Of a DNA stretch of 64,000 nt, positions 46,601 to 61,990 are shown piece after piece. The translations under genes and the position numbers were made by a program. The notes beneath the pieces are model-generated. The model saw only the letters and a program-made list of their open reading frames with translations, was not told the DNA's origin and ran no database searches. The stretch's first letter is position 1, and every line of letters begins with the position of its first letter. The stretch is from assembly GCA_964016885.1 (NCBI GenBank), contig OZ024748.1, positions 36,642,001 to 36,706,000 of the forward strand, written 5' to 3'. This DNA is from Eledone cirrhosa. Lineage: Eukaryota.

Positions 46601-49600
46601 AGACGATTCTGTAACTATGCCCTGCCTTACAACTCATTAGATCATTCTGTAACTATACCCTGCCTCACAACACATTACATCATCCTGTAGCTATACCCTG
46701 CCACACAACACATTAGACCATTCTGTAACTATACCCTACCTCACAACACATTAGACCATCCTGTACCTATAGCCTGACTCACAACACATTAGACCATCCT
46801 GTAAAGATATGCTACCACACAACACATATAATCTGCCCTACAAATATAATCTGCCTCACAAAACATTAGACGATTCTGTAACTATACCCTGCCACACAAC
46901 ACATTAGACCATCCTGTAACGATATCCTACCTCACAACACATTAGACCATCATGTAACTAGACCCTGCCTCACAACACATTAGAGCATTCTGTAACTATA
47001 CCCTGCCTCACAACACATTAGAGCATTCTGTAACTTTACCCTGCCTCACAACACATTACATCATCCTGTAGCTATACCCTGCCACACAACACATTAGACC
47101 ATTCTGTAACTATACCCTGTCTCACAACATATTAGACCATTCTGTAACTCTATCCTGCCTCATAACACATTTGACCATCCTGTAACTATACCCTGCCTCA
47201 CAAAACATTAGACCATTCTGTAACTATACCTTGCCTCACAACATATTAGATCATCCTGTAACTATACCCTGACTCACAACACATTAGACTATTCTGTAAA
47301 TATACCCTACCTCCAACACATTAGACCATCCTGTAACTATATCCTACCTCACAACACATTATACCATCTTGTAACTATACCCTGCCTCACAACACATTAG
47401 ACCATTCTGTAACTATACCCTGCCTCACAACACATTACACCATCCTGTAACTATACGCTGCCTCACAACACATTAAACCATTCTGTAAATATACCCTGCC
47501 TCACAAAACATTATACCATCTTATAACTATACCCTTCCTCACAACACATTAGACTGTCCTGTAACTATATCCTACACTACAACACATTAGACCATCCTGT
47601 AACTATACCCTGCCTCACAATACATTAGAGCATTCTGTAACTATACCCTGCCTGACAACACATTAGACCATTCTGTAACTATACCCTGGCTCACAACAGA
47701 TTAGTCCATCCTGTAACTATATGCTACCCCACAACACATTAGACCATCCTGTAACTATACCCTGCCTCACAACACATTAGACCATTCTGTAACTATACCC
47801 TGCCTCAAAACACATTAGACTATCCTGTAACTATATCCTACCCCATAACACATTAGTCCATCCTGTAGCTATATCCTACCCCACAACACATTAGACCATC
47901 CTGTAACTATACCCTGCCTCGCAACACATTACACCATTCTGTAACTATACCCTGCCTCACAACACATTAGATCATCCTGTAACTATACCCTGCCTCACAA
48001 CACCTTAGACCATTCTGTAAATATACCCTGCCTCACAACACATTAGACCATCCTGTATATATACCCTGTCTCACAACACATTAGACCATCCTGTAACTAC
48101 ACCCTGCCTGACAACACATTAGACCATTCTGTAATTATAGCCTGCCTCACAACACATTAGACCATCCTGTAACTATACCCTGTCTCACAACACATTAGAC
48201 TATCCTGTAACTATATCCTACCCCATAACACATTAGACCATCCTGTAACTATATCCTACCCCACAACACATTAGACCATCCTGTAACTATATCCTACCCC
48301 ACAACACATCAGACAATTCTGTAACTATACCTTGCCTCACAACACATTAGACCATTCTGTAACTATACCCTGCCTCAAAACACATTAGACTATCCTGTAA
48401 CTATATCCTACCCCATAACACATTAGACCATCCTATAACTATATCCTACCCCACAACACATTAGACCATCCTGTAACTATACCCTGCCTCACAACACATT
48501 AGACCATTCTGTAACTATACTCTGCCTCACAACACATTAGATCATCCTGTAACTATACCCTGCCTCACAACACATTAGACCATTCTGTAAATATACCCTG
48601 CCTCACAACACATTAGACCATCCTGTAACTATACCCTGTCTCACAACACATTAGATCATCCTGTAACTATTACCTGGCTAACAACACATTAGACCATTCT
48701 GTATCTATACGCTGCCTCACAACACATTAGACCATTCTGTATCTATACCCTGCCTCACAACACATTAGACCATCCTGTAACTATGTCCTACCTCACAACA
48801 CATTAGACCATCCTGTAACTATACCCTGCCTCACAACACATTAGACCATTCTGTAACTATACCTTGCCTCACAACATATTAGATCATCCTGTAACTATTA
48901 CCTGGCTAACAAAACATTAGACCATTCTGTATCTATACGCTGCCTCACAACACATTAGACCATTCTGTATCTATACCCTGCCTCACAACACATTAGACCA
49001 TCCTGTAACTATGTCCTACCTCACAACACATTAGACCATCCTGTAACTATACCCTGCCTCACAACACATTAGACCATTCTGTAGCTATACCCTGCCTCAC
49101 AACACATAAGACCATTCTGTAAATATACCCTGCCTCACAACACATTAGACCATTCTGTAACTATACCCTGCATCCCAACACATTAGACCATTCTGTTACA
49201 ATACCCTGCCTCACAACACATTAGATCATCCTCTAACTATACCCTGCCACACAACACATTAGACCATCCTGTAACCATACGCTGCCTCACAACACATTAG
49301 ACCATTCTGTAACTATACCCTGCGTCACAACACATTATACCATCTTGTAACTATACCCTGCCTCACAACACATTAGACTATCCTGTAACTATATCCTACC
49401 ACACAACACATTAGACCATCCTGTAACTATACCCTGCCTCACAACACATTAGACCATTCTGTAACTATACCCTGCCTCACAACACATTAGACCATCCTGT
49501 AACTATACCCGGCCTCACAACACATTAGACCATCCTGTAACTATATCCTGCCTCACAACACATAAGAATATTCTGTAACTATAACCTGCCTCACAACACA

Positions 49601-52600
49601 TTAGACCATCTTGTAACTATACCCTGCCTCACAACACATTAGACCATTCTGTAAATATAATCTGCCTCACAAAACATTAGACGATTCTGTAACTATACCC
49701 TGCCTTACAACTCATTAGATCATCCTGTAACTATACCCTGCCACACAACACATTAGACCATCCTGTAACTATATCCTACTCCACAACACATTAGACCATC
49801 CTGTAACTAAACCCTGCCCCACAACACATTAGACCATTCTGTAACTACACCCTGCCTCACAACACATTAGACCATCCTGTAACTATAGCCTGACTCACAA
49901 CACATTAGACCATCCTGTAACAATACCATGCCTCACAAAACATTACACCATTATGTAACCATACACTGCCTCACAACACATTAGACCATTCTGTAACTAT
50001 ACCCTGCCTCACAACACATTAAACAACTCTGTGACTATACCCTGCCTCACAACACATTAGACCATTCTGTTACTAAACCCTGCCTCACAACACATTAGAT
50101 CATCCTGTAACTATACCCTGCCACGCAACACATTAGACCATCCTGTAACTCTGCCCAGTCTCACAACACATTAGACCATCCTGTAACTATACCCTGCCTC
50201 ACAACACATTAGACCATCCTGTAACTAAACACTGCCTCACAACACATTAGATCATTCTGTAACTACACCCTGCCTCACAACACATTAGACCATCCTGTAC
50301 GTATAGCCTGACTCATAACACATTAGACCATCCTGTAACTATATGCTACCCCACAACACATTAGACCATCCTGTAACTATACCCTGCCTCCCAACACATT
50401 AGACCATCATGTAACTATATCCTACCGCCCAACACATTAGACCATCCTGTAACTATACCCTGCCCCACAACACATTAGACCATTCTGTAACTATACCCTG
50501 CCTCACAACACATTATACCATCCTGTAACTATACCCTGCCTCAGAACACATTAGACCATTCTGTAACTTTACCTGCCTCACAACACATTAGACCATTCTG
50601 TTACTATACCCTGCCTTACAACACATTAGATCATCCTGTAACTATACCCTGCCACACAACACATTAGACCATCCTGTAACTATATCCTGCCTCCCAACAC
50701 ATTGGACCATCCTGTAACTATATCCTACCTCACAACACATTAGACCATCATGTAACTATACCCTGCCTCACAACACATTAGACCATTTTGTAACTATACC
50801 CTGCCTCACAACACATTAGACCATTCTGTAAATATACCCTGCCTCACAACACATTAAACCATTCTGTAACTATACCCTGCCTCACAAAACATTAGACCAT
50901 TCTGTAACTATAACCTTCCTCATAACACATTAGACCATCCTGTAACTATACCCTGCCTCACAAAACATTAGACCATCCTGTAACTATATCCTATCCCACA
51001 ACACATTAGACCATTCTGTAACTATACCCTGCCTCACAACACATTAGACCATCATGTAACTATACTCTGCCTCCTAACAAGTTAGACCATCCTGTAACAA
51101 TACCCTGCCTCACAAAACATTACACCGTTCTGTAACCATACACTGCCTCACAACACATTAGACCATTCTGTAACTATACCCTGACTCACAACATATTAGA
51201 TCATCCTGTAACTATACCCTGCCTCACAACACATTAGACCATCCTGTAACTATACGCTTCCTCACAACACATTAGACCATTCTGTAACTATACCCTGCGT
51301 CACAACACATTATACCATCTTGTAACTATACCCTGCCTCACAACACATTAGACTATCCTGTAATTATATCCTACCACACAACACATTAGACCATCCTGTA
51401 ACTATATGCTACCCCACAACACATTAGACCATCTTGTAACTATACCCTGCCTCACAACACATTAGACCATTTGTAAATATAATCTGCCTCACAAAACATT
51501 AGACGATTCTGTAACTATACCCTGCCTTACAAGTCATTAGATCATCCTGTAACTATACCCTGCCACACAACACATTAGACCATCCTGTAACTATATCCTA
51601 CTTCACAACACATTAGACCATCCTGTAACTAAGCCCTGCCTCACAACACATTAGACCATTCTGTAACTACACCCTGCCTCACAACACATTAGACCATCCT
51701 GTAACTATAGCCTGACCCACAACAGATTAGACCATCCTGTAACTATATGCTATCCCACAACACATTAGACCATCCTGTAACTATACCCTGCCTCCCAACA
51801 CATTAGACCATCATGTAACTATATCTCACCTCACAACACATTAGACCATCCTGTAACTATATCCTATCCCACAACACATTAGACCATTCTGTAACTATAC
51901 CCTGCCTCACAAAACATTACACCATTCTGTAACCATACCTGCCTCACAACACATTAGACCATTCTGTAACTATACCCTGCCTCACAACACATTAAACAAT
52001 TATGTAACTATACCCTGCCTCACAACACATTAGACCATTCTGTTACTAAACGCTGCCTCACAATACATTAGATCATCCTGTAACTATACTCTGCACACAA
52101 CACATTAGACCATCCTGTAACTCTGCCCAGTCTCACAACACATTAGACCATCCTGTAACTATACCCTGCCTCACAACACATTAGACCATCCTGTAACTAA
52201 ACACTGCCTCACAACACATTAGATCATTCTGTAACTACACCCTGCCTCACAACACATTAGACCATCCTGTACCTATAGCCTGACTCATAACACATTAGAC
52301 CATCCTGTAACTATATGCTACCCCACAACACATTAGACCATCCTGTAACTATACCCTGCCTCCCAACACATTAGACCATCCTGTAACTATATCCTACCGC
52401 ACAACACATTAGACCATCCTGTAACTATACCCTGCCTCACAACACATTAGACCATTCTGTAATTATACTCTGCCTCACAACACATTAGACCATTCTGTAA
52501 CTATACCCTGCCTCAGAACACATTAGACCATTCTGTAACTTTACCCTGCCTCACAACACGTTAGACCATTCTGTTACTATACACTGCCTTACAACACATT

Positions 52601-54828
52601 AGATCATCCTGTAACTATACACTGCCACACAACACATTAGACCATCCTGTAACTATATCCTGCCTCCCAACACATTTGACCATTTTGTAACTATACCCTG
52701 CATCACAACACATTAGACCATTCTGTAAATATACCCTGCCTCACAACACATTAAACCATTCTGTAACTATACCCTGCCTCAAACACATTAGACCATTCTG
52801 TAACTATACCCTGCCTCATAACACATTAGACCATCATGTAACTATACCCTGCCTCACAAAACATTAGACCATCCTGTAACTATATCCTATACCACAACGC
52901 ATTAGACCATTCTGTAACTATACCCTGCCTCACAACACATTAGACCATCATGTAACTATACCCTGCCTCCAAACACGTTAGACCATCCTGTAACTATATC
53001 CTACCTCACAACACATTAGACCATCCTGTAACAATACCCTGCCTCACAAAACATTACAACATTCTGTAACCATACCCTGCCTCACAACACATTAGACCAT
53101 TCTGTAACTATACCCTGCCTCACAACATATTAGATCATCCTATAACTATACCCTGATCACAACACATTAGACCATCCTGTAACTATACCCTGCCTCACAA
53201 CACTTTAGAGCATCCTGTAACAATACCTGCATCACAACACATTAGATCATCCTGTAACTGTACACTGCCACACAACACATTATACCATCCTGTAACTATA
53301 CCCTGCCTCACAACACATTACACCATCCTGTAACTATACGCTGCCTCACAACACATTAGACCATTCTGTAACTATACCCTGCGTCACAACACATTATACC
53401 ATATTGTAGCTATACCCAGCCTCACAACACATTAGACTATCCTGTAACTATATCCTACCACACAACACATTAGACCATCCTGTAACTATACCCTGCCTCA
53501 CAACACATTAGACCATTCTGTAACTATACCCTGCCTCACAACACATTAGACCATCCTGTAACTATACCCTGCCTCACAACACATTAGACCATTCTGTAAC
53601 TATACCCTTCCTAACAACACATTAGACCATTCTGTAACTATACCTTGCCTCACAACACATTAGACCATCCTGTAACTATACCCTGCCTCACAACACATTA
53701 GACAATCTTGTAACTATACCCTGCCTCACAATACATTAGACCATTCTGTAAATATAATCTGCCTCACAAAACATTAGACGATTCTGTAACTATGCCCTGC
53801 CTTACAACTCATTAGATCATTCTGTAACTATACCCTGCCTCACAACACATTACATCATCCTGTAGCTATACCCTGCCACACAACACATTAGACCATTCTG
53901 TAACTATACCCTACCTCACAACACATTAGACCATCCTGTACCTATAGCCTGACTCACAACACATTAGACCATCCTGTAAAGATATGCTACCACACAACAC
54001 ATATAATCTGCCCTACAAATATAATCTGCCTCACAAAACATTAGACGATTCTGTAACTATACCCTGCCACACAACACATTAGACCATCCTGTAACGATAT
54101 CCTACCTCACAACACATTAGACCATTCTGTAACTAGACCCTGCCTCACAACACATTAGAGCATTCTGTAACTATACCCTGCCTCACAACACATTAGAGCA
54201 TTCTGTAACTTTACCCTGCCTCACAACACATTACATCATCCTGTAGCTATACCCTGCCACACAACACATTAGACCATTCTGTAACTATACCCTGTCTCAC
54301 AACATATTAGACCATTCTGTAACTCTATCCTGCCTCATAACACATTTGACCATCCTGTAACTATACCCTGCCTCACAAAACATTAGACCATTCTGTAACT
54401 ATACCTTGCCTCACAACATATTAGATCATCCTGTAACTATACCCTGACTCACAACACATTAGACTATTCTGTAAATATACCCTACCTCCAACACATTAGA
54501 CCATCCTGTAACTATATCCTACCTCACAACACATTATACCATCTTGTAACTATACCCTGCCTCACAACACATTAGACCATTCTGTAACTATACCCTGCCT
54601 CACAACACATTACACCATCCTGTAACTATACGCTGCCTCACAACACATTAAACCATTCTGTAAATATACCCTGCCTCACAAAACATTATACCATCTTATA
54701 ACTATACCCTTCCTCACAACACATTAGACTGTCCTGTAACTATATCCTACACTACAACACATTAGACCATCCTGTAACTATACCCTGCCTCACAATACAT
54801 TAGAGCATTCTGTAACTATACCCTGCCT
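40660..54828. repeat. Large tandem block duplication (about 40660-47650 and about 47650-54828)
   Basis: CCTGACAAC at 40666/47651 is +6985. CATAAGAATA at 42386/49561, GTAAAGATATG at 46801/53976 and TACATTAGAG at 47621/54796 are all +7175. The offset change of 190 nt equals exactly 5 monomers. Confidence 0.9.
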
Positions 54829-54934
54829 CACAACACATTAGACAATTCTGTAACTATACCCTGCCTCAGAACACATTACACCATTCTGTAACTATATCCT
54901 TCCTCACAACACAGACCATTCTGTAACTATACCC

Positions 54935-57900
54935 TGCCTAACAACACATTAGACCATCCTGTAACTATACCCTGCCTCACTACACATTAGATCATCCTGT
55001 AACTATAGACTGCCTCACAACACATTAGCCCATTCTGTTACTAAACCCTGCCTCACAACACATTAGATACTCCTGTAAGTATACCCTGCCACACAACACA
55101 TTAGACCATCCTGTAACTCTGCCCAGTCTCACAACACATTAGACCATCCTGTAACTATACCCTGCCTCACAACACATTAGACCATCCTGTAACTAAACAC
55201 TGCCTCACAACACATTAGATCATTCTGTAACTACACCCTGCCTCACAACACATTAGACCATCCTGTACCTATAGCCTGACTCATAACACATTAGACCATC
55301 CTGTAACTATATGCTACCCCACAACACATTAGTCCATCCTGTAACTATACCCTGCCTCCCAACACATTAGACCATCCTGTAACTATATCCTACCGCACAA
55401 CACATTAGACCATCCTGTAACTATACCCTGCCTCACAACACATTAGACCATTCTGTAATTATACTCTGCCTCACAACACATTAGACCATTCTGTAACCAT
55501 ACCCTGCCTCAGAACACATTAGACCATTCTGTAACTTTACCCTGCCTCACAACACGTTAGACCATTTTGTAACTATACCCTGCCTCACAACACATTAGAC
55601 CATTCTGTTACTATACCCTGCCTCACAACACATTAGGCCATCCTGTAACTATACCCTGTCTCACAACACATTAGGCCATCCTGTAACTATACCCTGTCTC
55701 ACAACACATTAGACCACCCTGTAACTATACCCTGCCTCACAACACATTATACCATCCTGTAACTATACCCTGCCTCAGAGCACATTAGACCATTCTGTAA
55801 CTATATCCTGCCTCACAACACATTAGACCATCTTGTAACTATACCCTGACTCACAACACATTAGACCATTCTGTAAATATAATCTGCCTCACAAAACATT
55901 AGACGATTCTGTAACTATACCCTGCCTTACAACACATTAGATCATCCTGTAACTATACCCTGCCACACAACACATTAGACCATCCTGTAACTATATCCTA
56001 CCTCACATCACATTAGACCATTCTGTAACTAGACCCTGCCTCACAACACATTAGAGCATTCTGTAACTATACCCTGCCTCACAACACATTAGACCATTCT
56101 GTAACTTTACCCTGCCTCACAACACATTAGATCAGCCTGTATCTATACCCTGCCACACAACACATTAGACCATCCTCTAACTATACCCTGTCTCACAACA
56201 TATTAGACCATTCTGTAACTCTATCCTGCCTCATAACACATTAGACCATCCTGTAACTATACCCTGCCTCACTACACATTAGATCATCCTGTAACTATAG
56301 ACTGCCTCACAACACATTAGACCATTCTGTAACTATACCCTGCCTCCCAACAAATTAGACCATTCTGTAACTTTACCCTGCCTCACAACACATTAGATCA
56401 TCCTGTAGCTATACCCTGCCACACAACACATTAGACCATCCTGTAACTATACCCTGTCTCACAACATATTAGACCATTCTGTAACTCTATCCTGCCTCAT
56501 AGCACATTAGACCATCCTGTAACTATACCCTGCCTCACAAAACATTAGACCATTCTGTAACTATACCTTGCCTCACAACATATTAGATCATCCTGTAACT
56601 ATATCCTACCTCACAATACATTATACCATCTTGTAACTATACCCTGCCTCACAACACATTAGACCATTCTGTAACTATACCCTGCCTCACAACATATTAC
56701 ACCATCCTGTAACTATACGCTGCCTCACAACACATTAAACCATTCTGTAACTATACCCTGCCTCACAAAACATTATACCATCTTATAACTATACCCTTCC
56801 TCACAACACATTAGACTGTCCTGTAACTATATCCTACACCACAACACATTAGACCATCCTGTAACTATACCCTGCCTCACAATACATTAGAGCATTCTGT
56901 AACTATACCCTGCCTCACAACACATTAGACCATCCTGTAACTATACCCTGCCTCAGAACACATTACACCATTCTGTAACTATATCCTTCCTCACAACACA
57001 GACCATTCTGTAACTATACCCTGCCTAACAACACATTAGACCATCCTGTAACTATACCCTGCCTCACTACACATTAGATCATCCTGTAACTATAGACTGC
57101 CTCACAACACATTAGACCATTCTGTTACTAAACCCTGCCTCACAACACATTAGATCATCCTGTAACTATACCCTGCCACACAACACATTAGACCATCCTG
57201 TAACTCTGCCCAGTCTCACAAAACATTAGACCATCCTGTAACTATACCCCGCCTCACAACACATTAGACCATCCTGTAACTAAACACTGCCTCACAACAC
57301 ATTAGATCATTCTGTAACTACACCCTGCCTCACAACACATTAGATCATCCTGTAACTATACACTGCCACACAACACATTAGACCATCCTGTAACTATATC
57401 CTGCCTCCCAACACATTTGACCATCATGTAACTATACCCTGCCTCACAACACATTAGACCATTTTGTAACTATACCCTGCCTCACAACACATTAGACCAT
57501 TCTGTAAATATACCCTGCCTCACAACACATTAAACCATTCTGTAACTATACCCTGCATCACAACACGTTGGACCATTCTGTAACTATACCCTGCCTCATA
57601 ACACATTAGACCATCCTGTAACTATACCCTGCCTCACAAAACATTAGACCATCCTGTAACTATATCCTATCCCACAACACATTAGACCATTCTGTAACTA
57701 TACCCTGCCTCACAACACATTAGACCATCATGTAACTATACCCTGCCTCCCAACACGGTAGACCATCCTGTAACTATATCCTACCTCACAACACATTAGA
57801 CCATCCTGTAACAATACCCTGCCTCACAAAACATTACACCATTCTGTACCCATACCCTGCCTCACAACACATTAGACCATTCTGTAATTATACACTCTCT

Positions 57901-60900
57901 CACAACATATTAGATCATCCTGTAACTATACCCTGCCTCACAACACATTCGACCATCCTGTAACTATACCCTGCCTCACAACACTTTAGACCATCCTGTA
58001 ACCATACCTGCAGCACAACACATTAGATCATCCTGTAACTGTACACGGCCACACAACACATTATACCATCCTGTAACTATACCCTGCCTCACAACACATT
58101 ACACGATCCTGTAACTATACGCTGCCTCACAACACATTAGACCATTCTGTAACTATACCCTGCGTCACAACACATTATACCATCTTGTAGCTATACCCTG
58201 CCTCACAACACATTAGACTATCCTTTAACTATATCCTACCACACAACACATTAGACCATCCTGTAATTATACCCTGCCTCACAACACATTAGACCATTCT
58301 GTAACTATACCCTGCCTCACAACACATTAGACCATCCTGTAACTATACCCTGCCTCACAGCACATTAGACCATTCTGTAACTATATCCCGCCTCACAACA
58401 CGGGCCATTCTGTAACTATACCCGTCCTAACAACACATTAGACCATTCTGTAACTATACCTTGCCTAACAACACATTAGACCATCCTGTAACTATACCCT
58501 GCCTCACTACACATTAGATCATCCTGTAACTATAGACTGCCTCACAACACATTAGCCCATTCTGTTACTAAACCCTGCCTCACAACACATTAGATACTCC
58601 TGTAAGTATACCCTGCCACACAACACATTAGACCATCCTGTAACTCTGCCCAGTCTCACAACACATTAGACCATCCTGTAACTATACCCTGCCTCACAAC
58701 ACATTAGACCATCCTGTAACTAAACACTGCCTCACAACACATTAGATCATTCTGTAACTACACCCTGCCTCACAACACATTAGACCATCCTGTACCTATA
58801 GCCTGACTCATAACACATTAGACCATCCTGTAACTATATGCTACCCCACAACACATTAGTCCATCCTGTAACTATACCCTGCCTCCCAACACATTAGACC
58901 ATCCTGTAACTATATCCTACCGCACAACACATTAGACCATCCTGTAACTATACCCTGCCTCACAACACATTAGACCATTCTGTAATTATACTCTGCCTCA
59001 CAACACATTAGACCATTCTGTAACCATACCCTGCCTCAGAACACATTAGACCATTCTGTAACTTTACCCTGCCTCACAACACGTTAGACCATTTTGTAAC
59101 TATACCCTGCCTCACAACACATTAGACCATTCTGTTACTATACCCTGCCTCACAACACATTAGGCCATCCTGTAACTATACCCTGTCTCACAACACATTA
59201 GGCCATCCTGTAACTATACCCTGTCTCACAACACATTAGACCACCCTGTAACTATACCCTGCCTCACAACACATTATACCATCCTGTAACTATACCCTGC
59301 CTCAGAGCACATTAGACCATTCTGTAACTATATCCTGCCTCACAACACATTAGACCATCTTGTAACTATACCCTGACTCACAACACATTAGACCATTCTG
59401 TAAATATAATCTGCCTCACAAAACATTAGACGATTCTGTAACTATACCCTGCCTTACAACACATTAGATCATCCTGTAACTATACCCTGCCACACAACAC
59501 ATTAGACCATCCTGTAACTATATCCTACCTCACATCACATTAGACCATTCTGTAACTAGACCCTGCCTCACAACACATTAGAGCATTCTGTAACTATACC
59601 CTGCCTCACAACACATTAGACCATTCTGTAACTTTACCCTGCCTCACAACACATTAGATCATCCTGTATCTATACCCTGCCACACAACACATTAGACCAT
59701 CCTCTAACTATACCCTGTCTCACAACATATTAGACCATTCTGTAACTCTATCCTGCCTCATAACACATTAGACCATCCTGTAACTATACCCTGCCTCACT
59801 ACACATTAGATCATCCTGTAACTATAGACTGCCTCACAACACATTAGACCATTCTGTAACTATACCCTGCCTCCCAACAAATTAGACCATTCTGTAACTT
59901 TACCCTGCCTCACAACACATTAGATCATCCTGTAGCTATACCCTGCCACACAACACATTAGACCATCCTGTAACTATACCCTGTCTCACAACATATTAGA
60001 CCATTCTGTAACTCTATCCTGCCTCATAACACATTAGACCATCCTGTAACTATACCCTGCCTCACAAAACATTAGACCATTCTGTAACTATACCTTGCCT
60101 CACAACATATTAGATCATCCTGTAACTATATCCTACCTCACAATACATTATACCATCTTGTAACTATACCCTGCCTCACAACACATTAGACCATTCTGTA
60201 ACTATACCCTGCCTCACAACACATTACACCATCCTGTAACTATACGCTGCCTCACAACACATTAAACCATTCTGTAACTATACCCTGCCTCACAAAACAT
60301 TATACCATCTTATAACTATACCCTTCCTCACAACACATTAGACTGTCCTGTAACTATATCCTACACCACAACACATTAGACCATCCTGTAACTATACCCT
60401 GCCTCACAATACATTAGAGCATTCTGTAACTATACCCTGCCTCACAACACATTAGACCATCCTGTAACTATACCCTGCCTCAGAACACATTACACCATTC
60501 TGTAACTATATCCTTCCTCACAACACAGACCATTCTGTAACTATACCCTGCCTAACAACACATTAGACCATCCTGTAACTATACCCTGCCTCACTACACA
60601 TTAGATCATCCTGTAACTATAGACTGCCTCACAACACATTAGACCATTCTGTTACTAAACCCTGCCTCACAACACATTAGATCATCCTGTAACTATACCC
60701 TGCCACACAACACATTAGACCATCCTGTAACTCTGCCCAGTCTCACAAAACATTAGACCATCCTGTAACTATACCCCGCCTCACAACACATTAGACCATC
60801 CTGTAACTAAACACTGCCTCACAACACATTAGATCATTCTGTAACTACACCCTGCCTCACAACACATTAGATCATCCTGTAACTATACACTGCCACACAA

Positions 60901-61990
60901 CACATTAGACCATCCTGTAACTATATCCTGCCTCCCAACACATTTGACCATCATGTAACTATACCCTGCCTCACAACACATTAGACCATTTTGTAACTAT
61001 ACCCTGCCTCACAACACATTAGACCATTCTGTAAATATACCCTGCCTCACAACACATTAAACCATTCTGTAACTATACCCTGCATCACAACACGTTGGAC
61101 CATTCTGTAACTATACCCTGCCTCATAACACATTAGACCATCCTGTAACTATACCCTGCCTCACAAAACATTAGACCATCCTGTAACTATATCCTATCCC
61201 ACAACACATTAGACCATTCTGTAACTATACCCTGCCTCACAACACATTAGACCATCATGTAACTATACCCTGCCTCCCAACACGGTAGACCATCCTGTAA
61301 CTATATCCTACCTCACAACACATTAGACCATCCTGTAACAATACCCTGCCTCACAAAACATTACACCATTCTGTACCCATACCCTGCCTCACAACACATT
61401 AGACCATTCTGTAATTATACACTCTCTCACAACATATTAGATCATCCTATAACTATACCCTGCCTCACAACACATTCGACCATCCTGTAACTATACCCTG
61501 CCTCACAACACTTTAGACCATCCTGTAACCATACCTGCAGCACAACACATTAGATCATCCTGTAACTGTACACGGCCACACAACACATTATACCATCCTG
61601 TAACTATACCCTGCCTCACAACACATTACACGATCCTGTAACTATACGCTGCCTCACAACACATTAGACCATTCTGTAACTATACCCTGCGTCACAACAC
61701 ATTATACCATCTTGTAGCTATACCCTGCCTCACAACACATTAGACTATCCTGTAACTATATCCTACCACACAACACATTAGACCATCCTGTAATTATACC
61801 CTGCCTCACAACACATTAGACCATTCTGTAACTATACCCTGCCTCACAACACATTAGACCATCCTGTAACTATACCCTGCCTCACAGCACATTAGACCAT
61901 TCTGTAACTATATCCCGCCTCACAACACGGGCCATTCTGTAACTATACCCGTCCTAACAACACATTAGACCATTCTGTAACTATACCTTG
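54935..61990. repeat. Tandem HOR, 2 x 3527 bp (93 monomers)
   Basis: TACACATTAG (CACTAC variant) at 54981/58508, CTCTGCCCAG at 55117/58644 and 57204/60731, and CGGGCC at 58401/61928 are all +3527. 93x38=3534, minus 7 nt, gives 3527. Confidence 0.9.
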
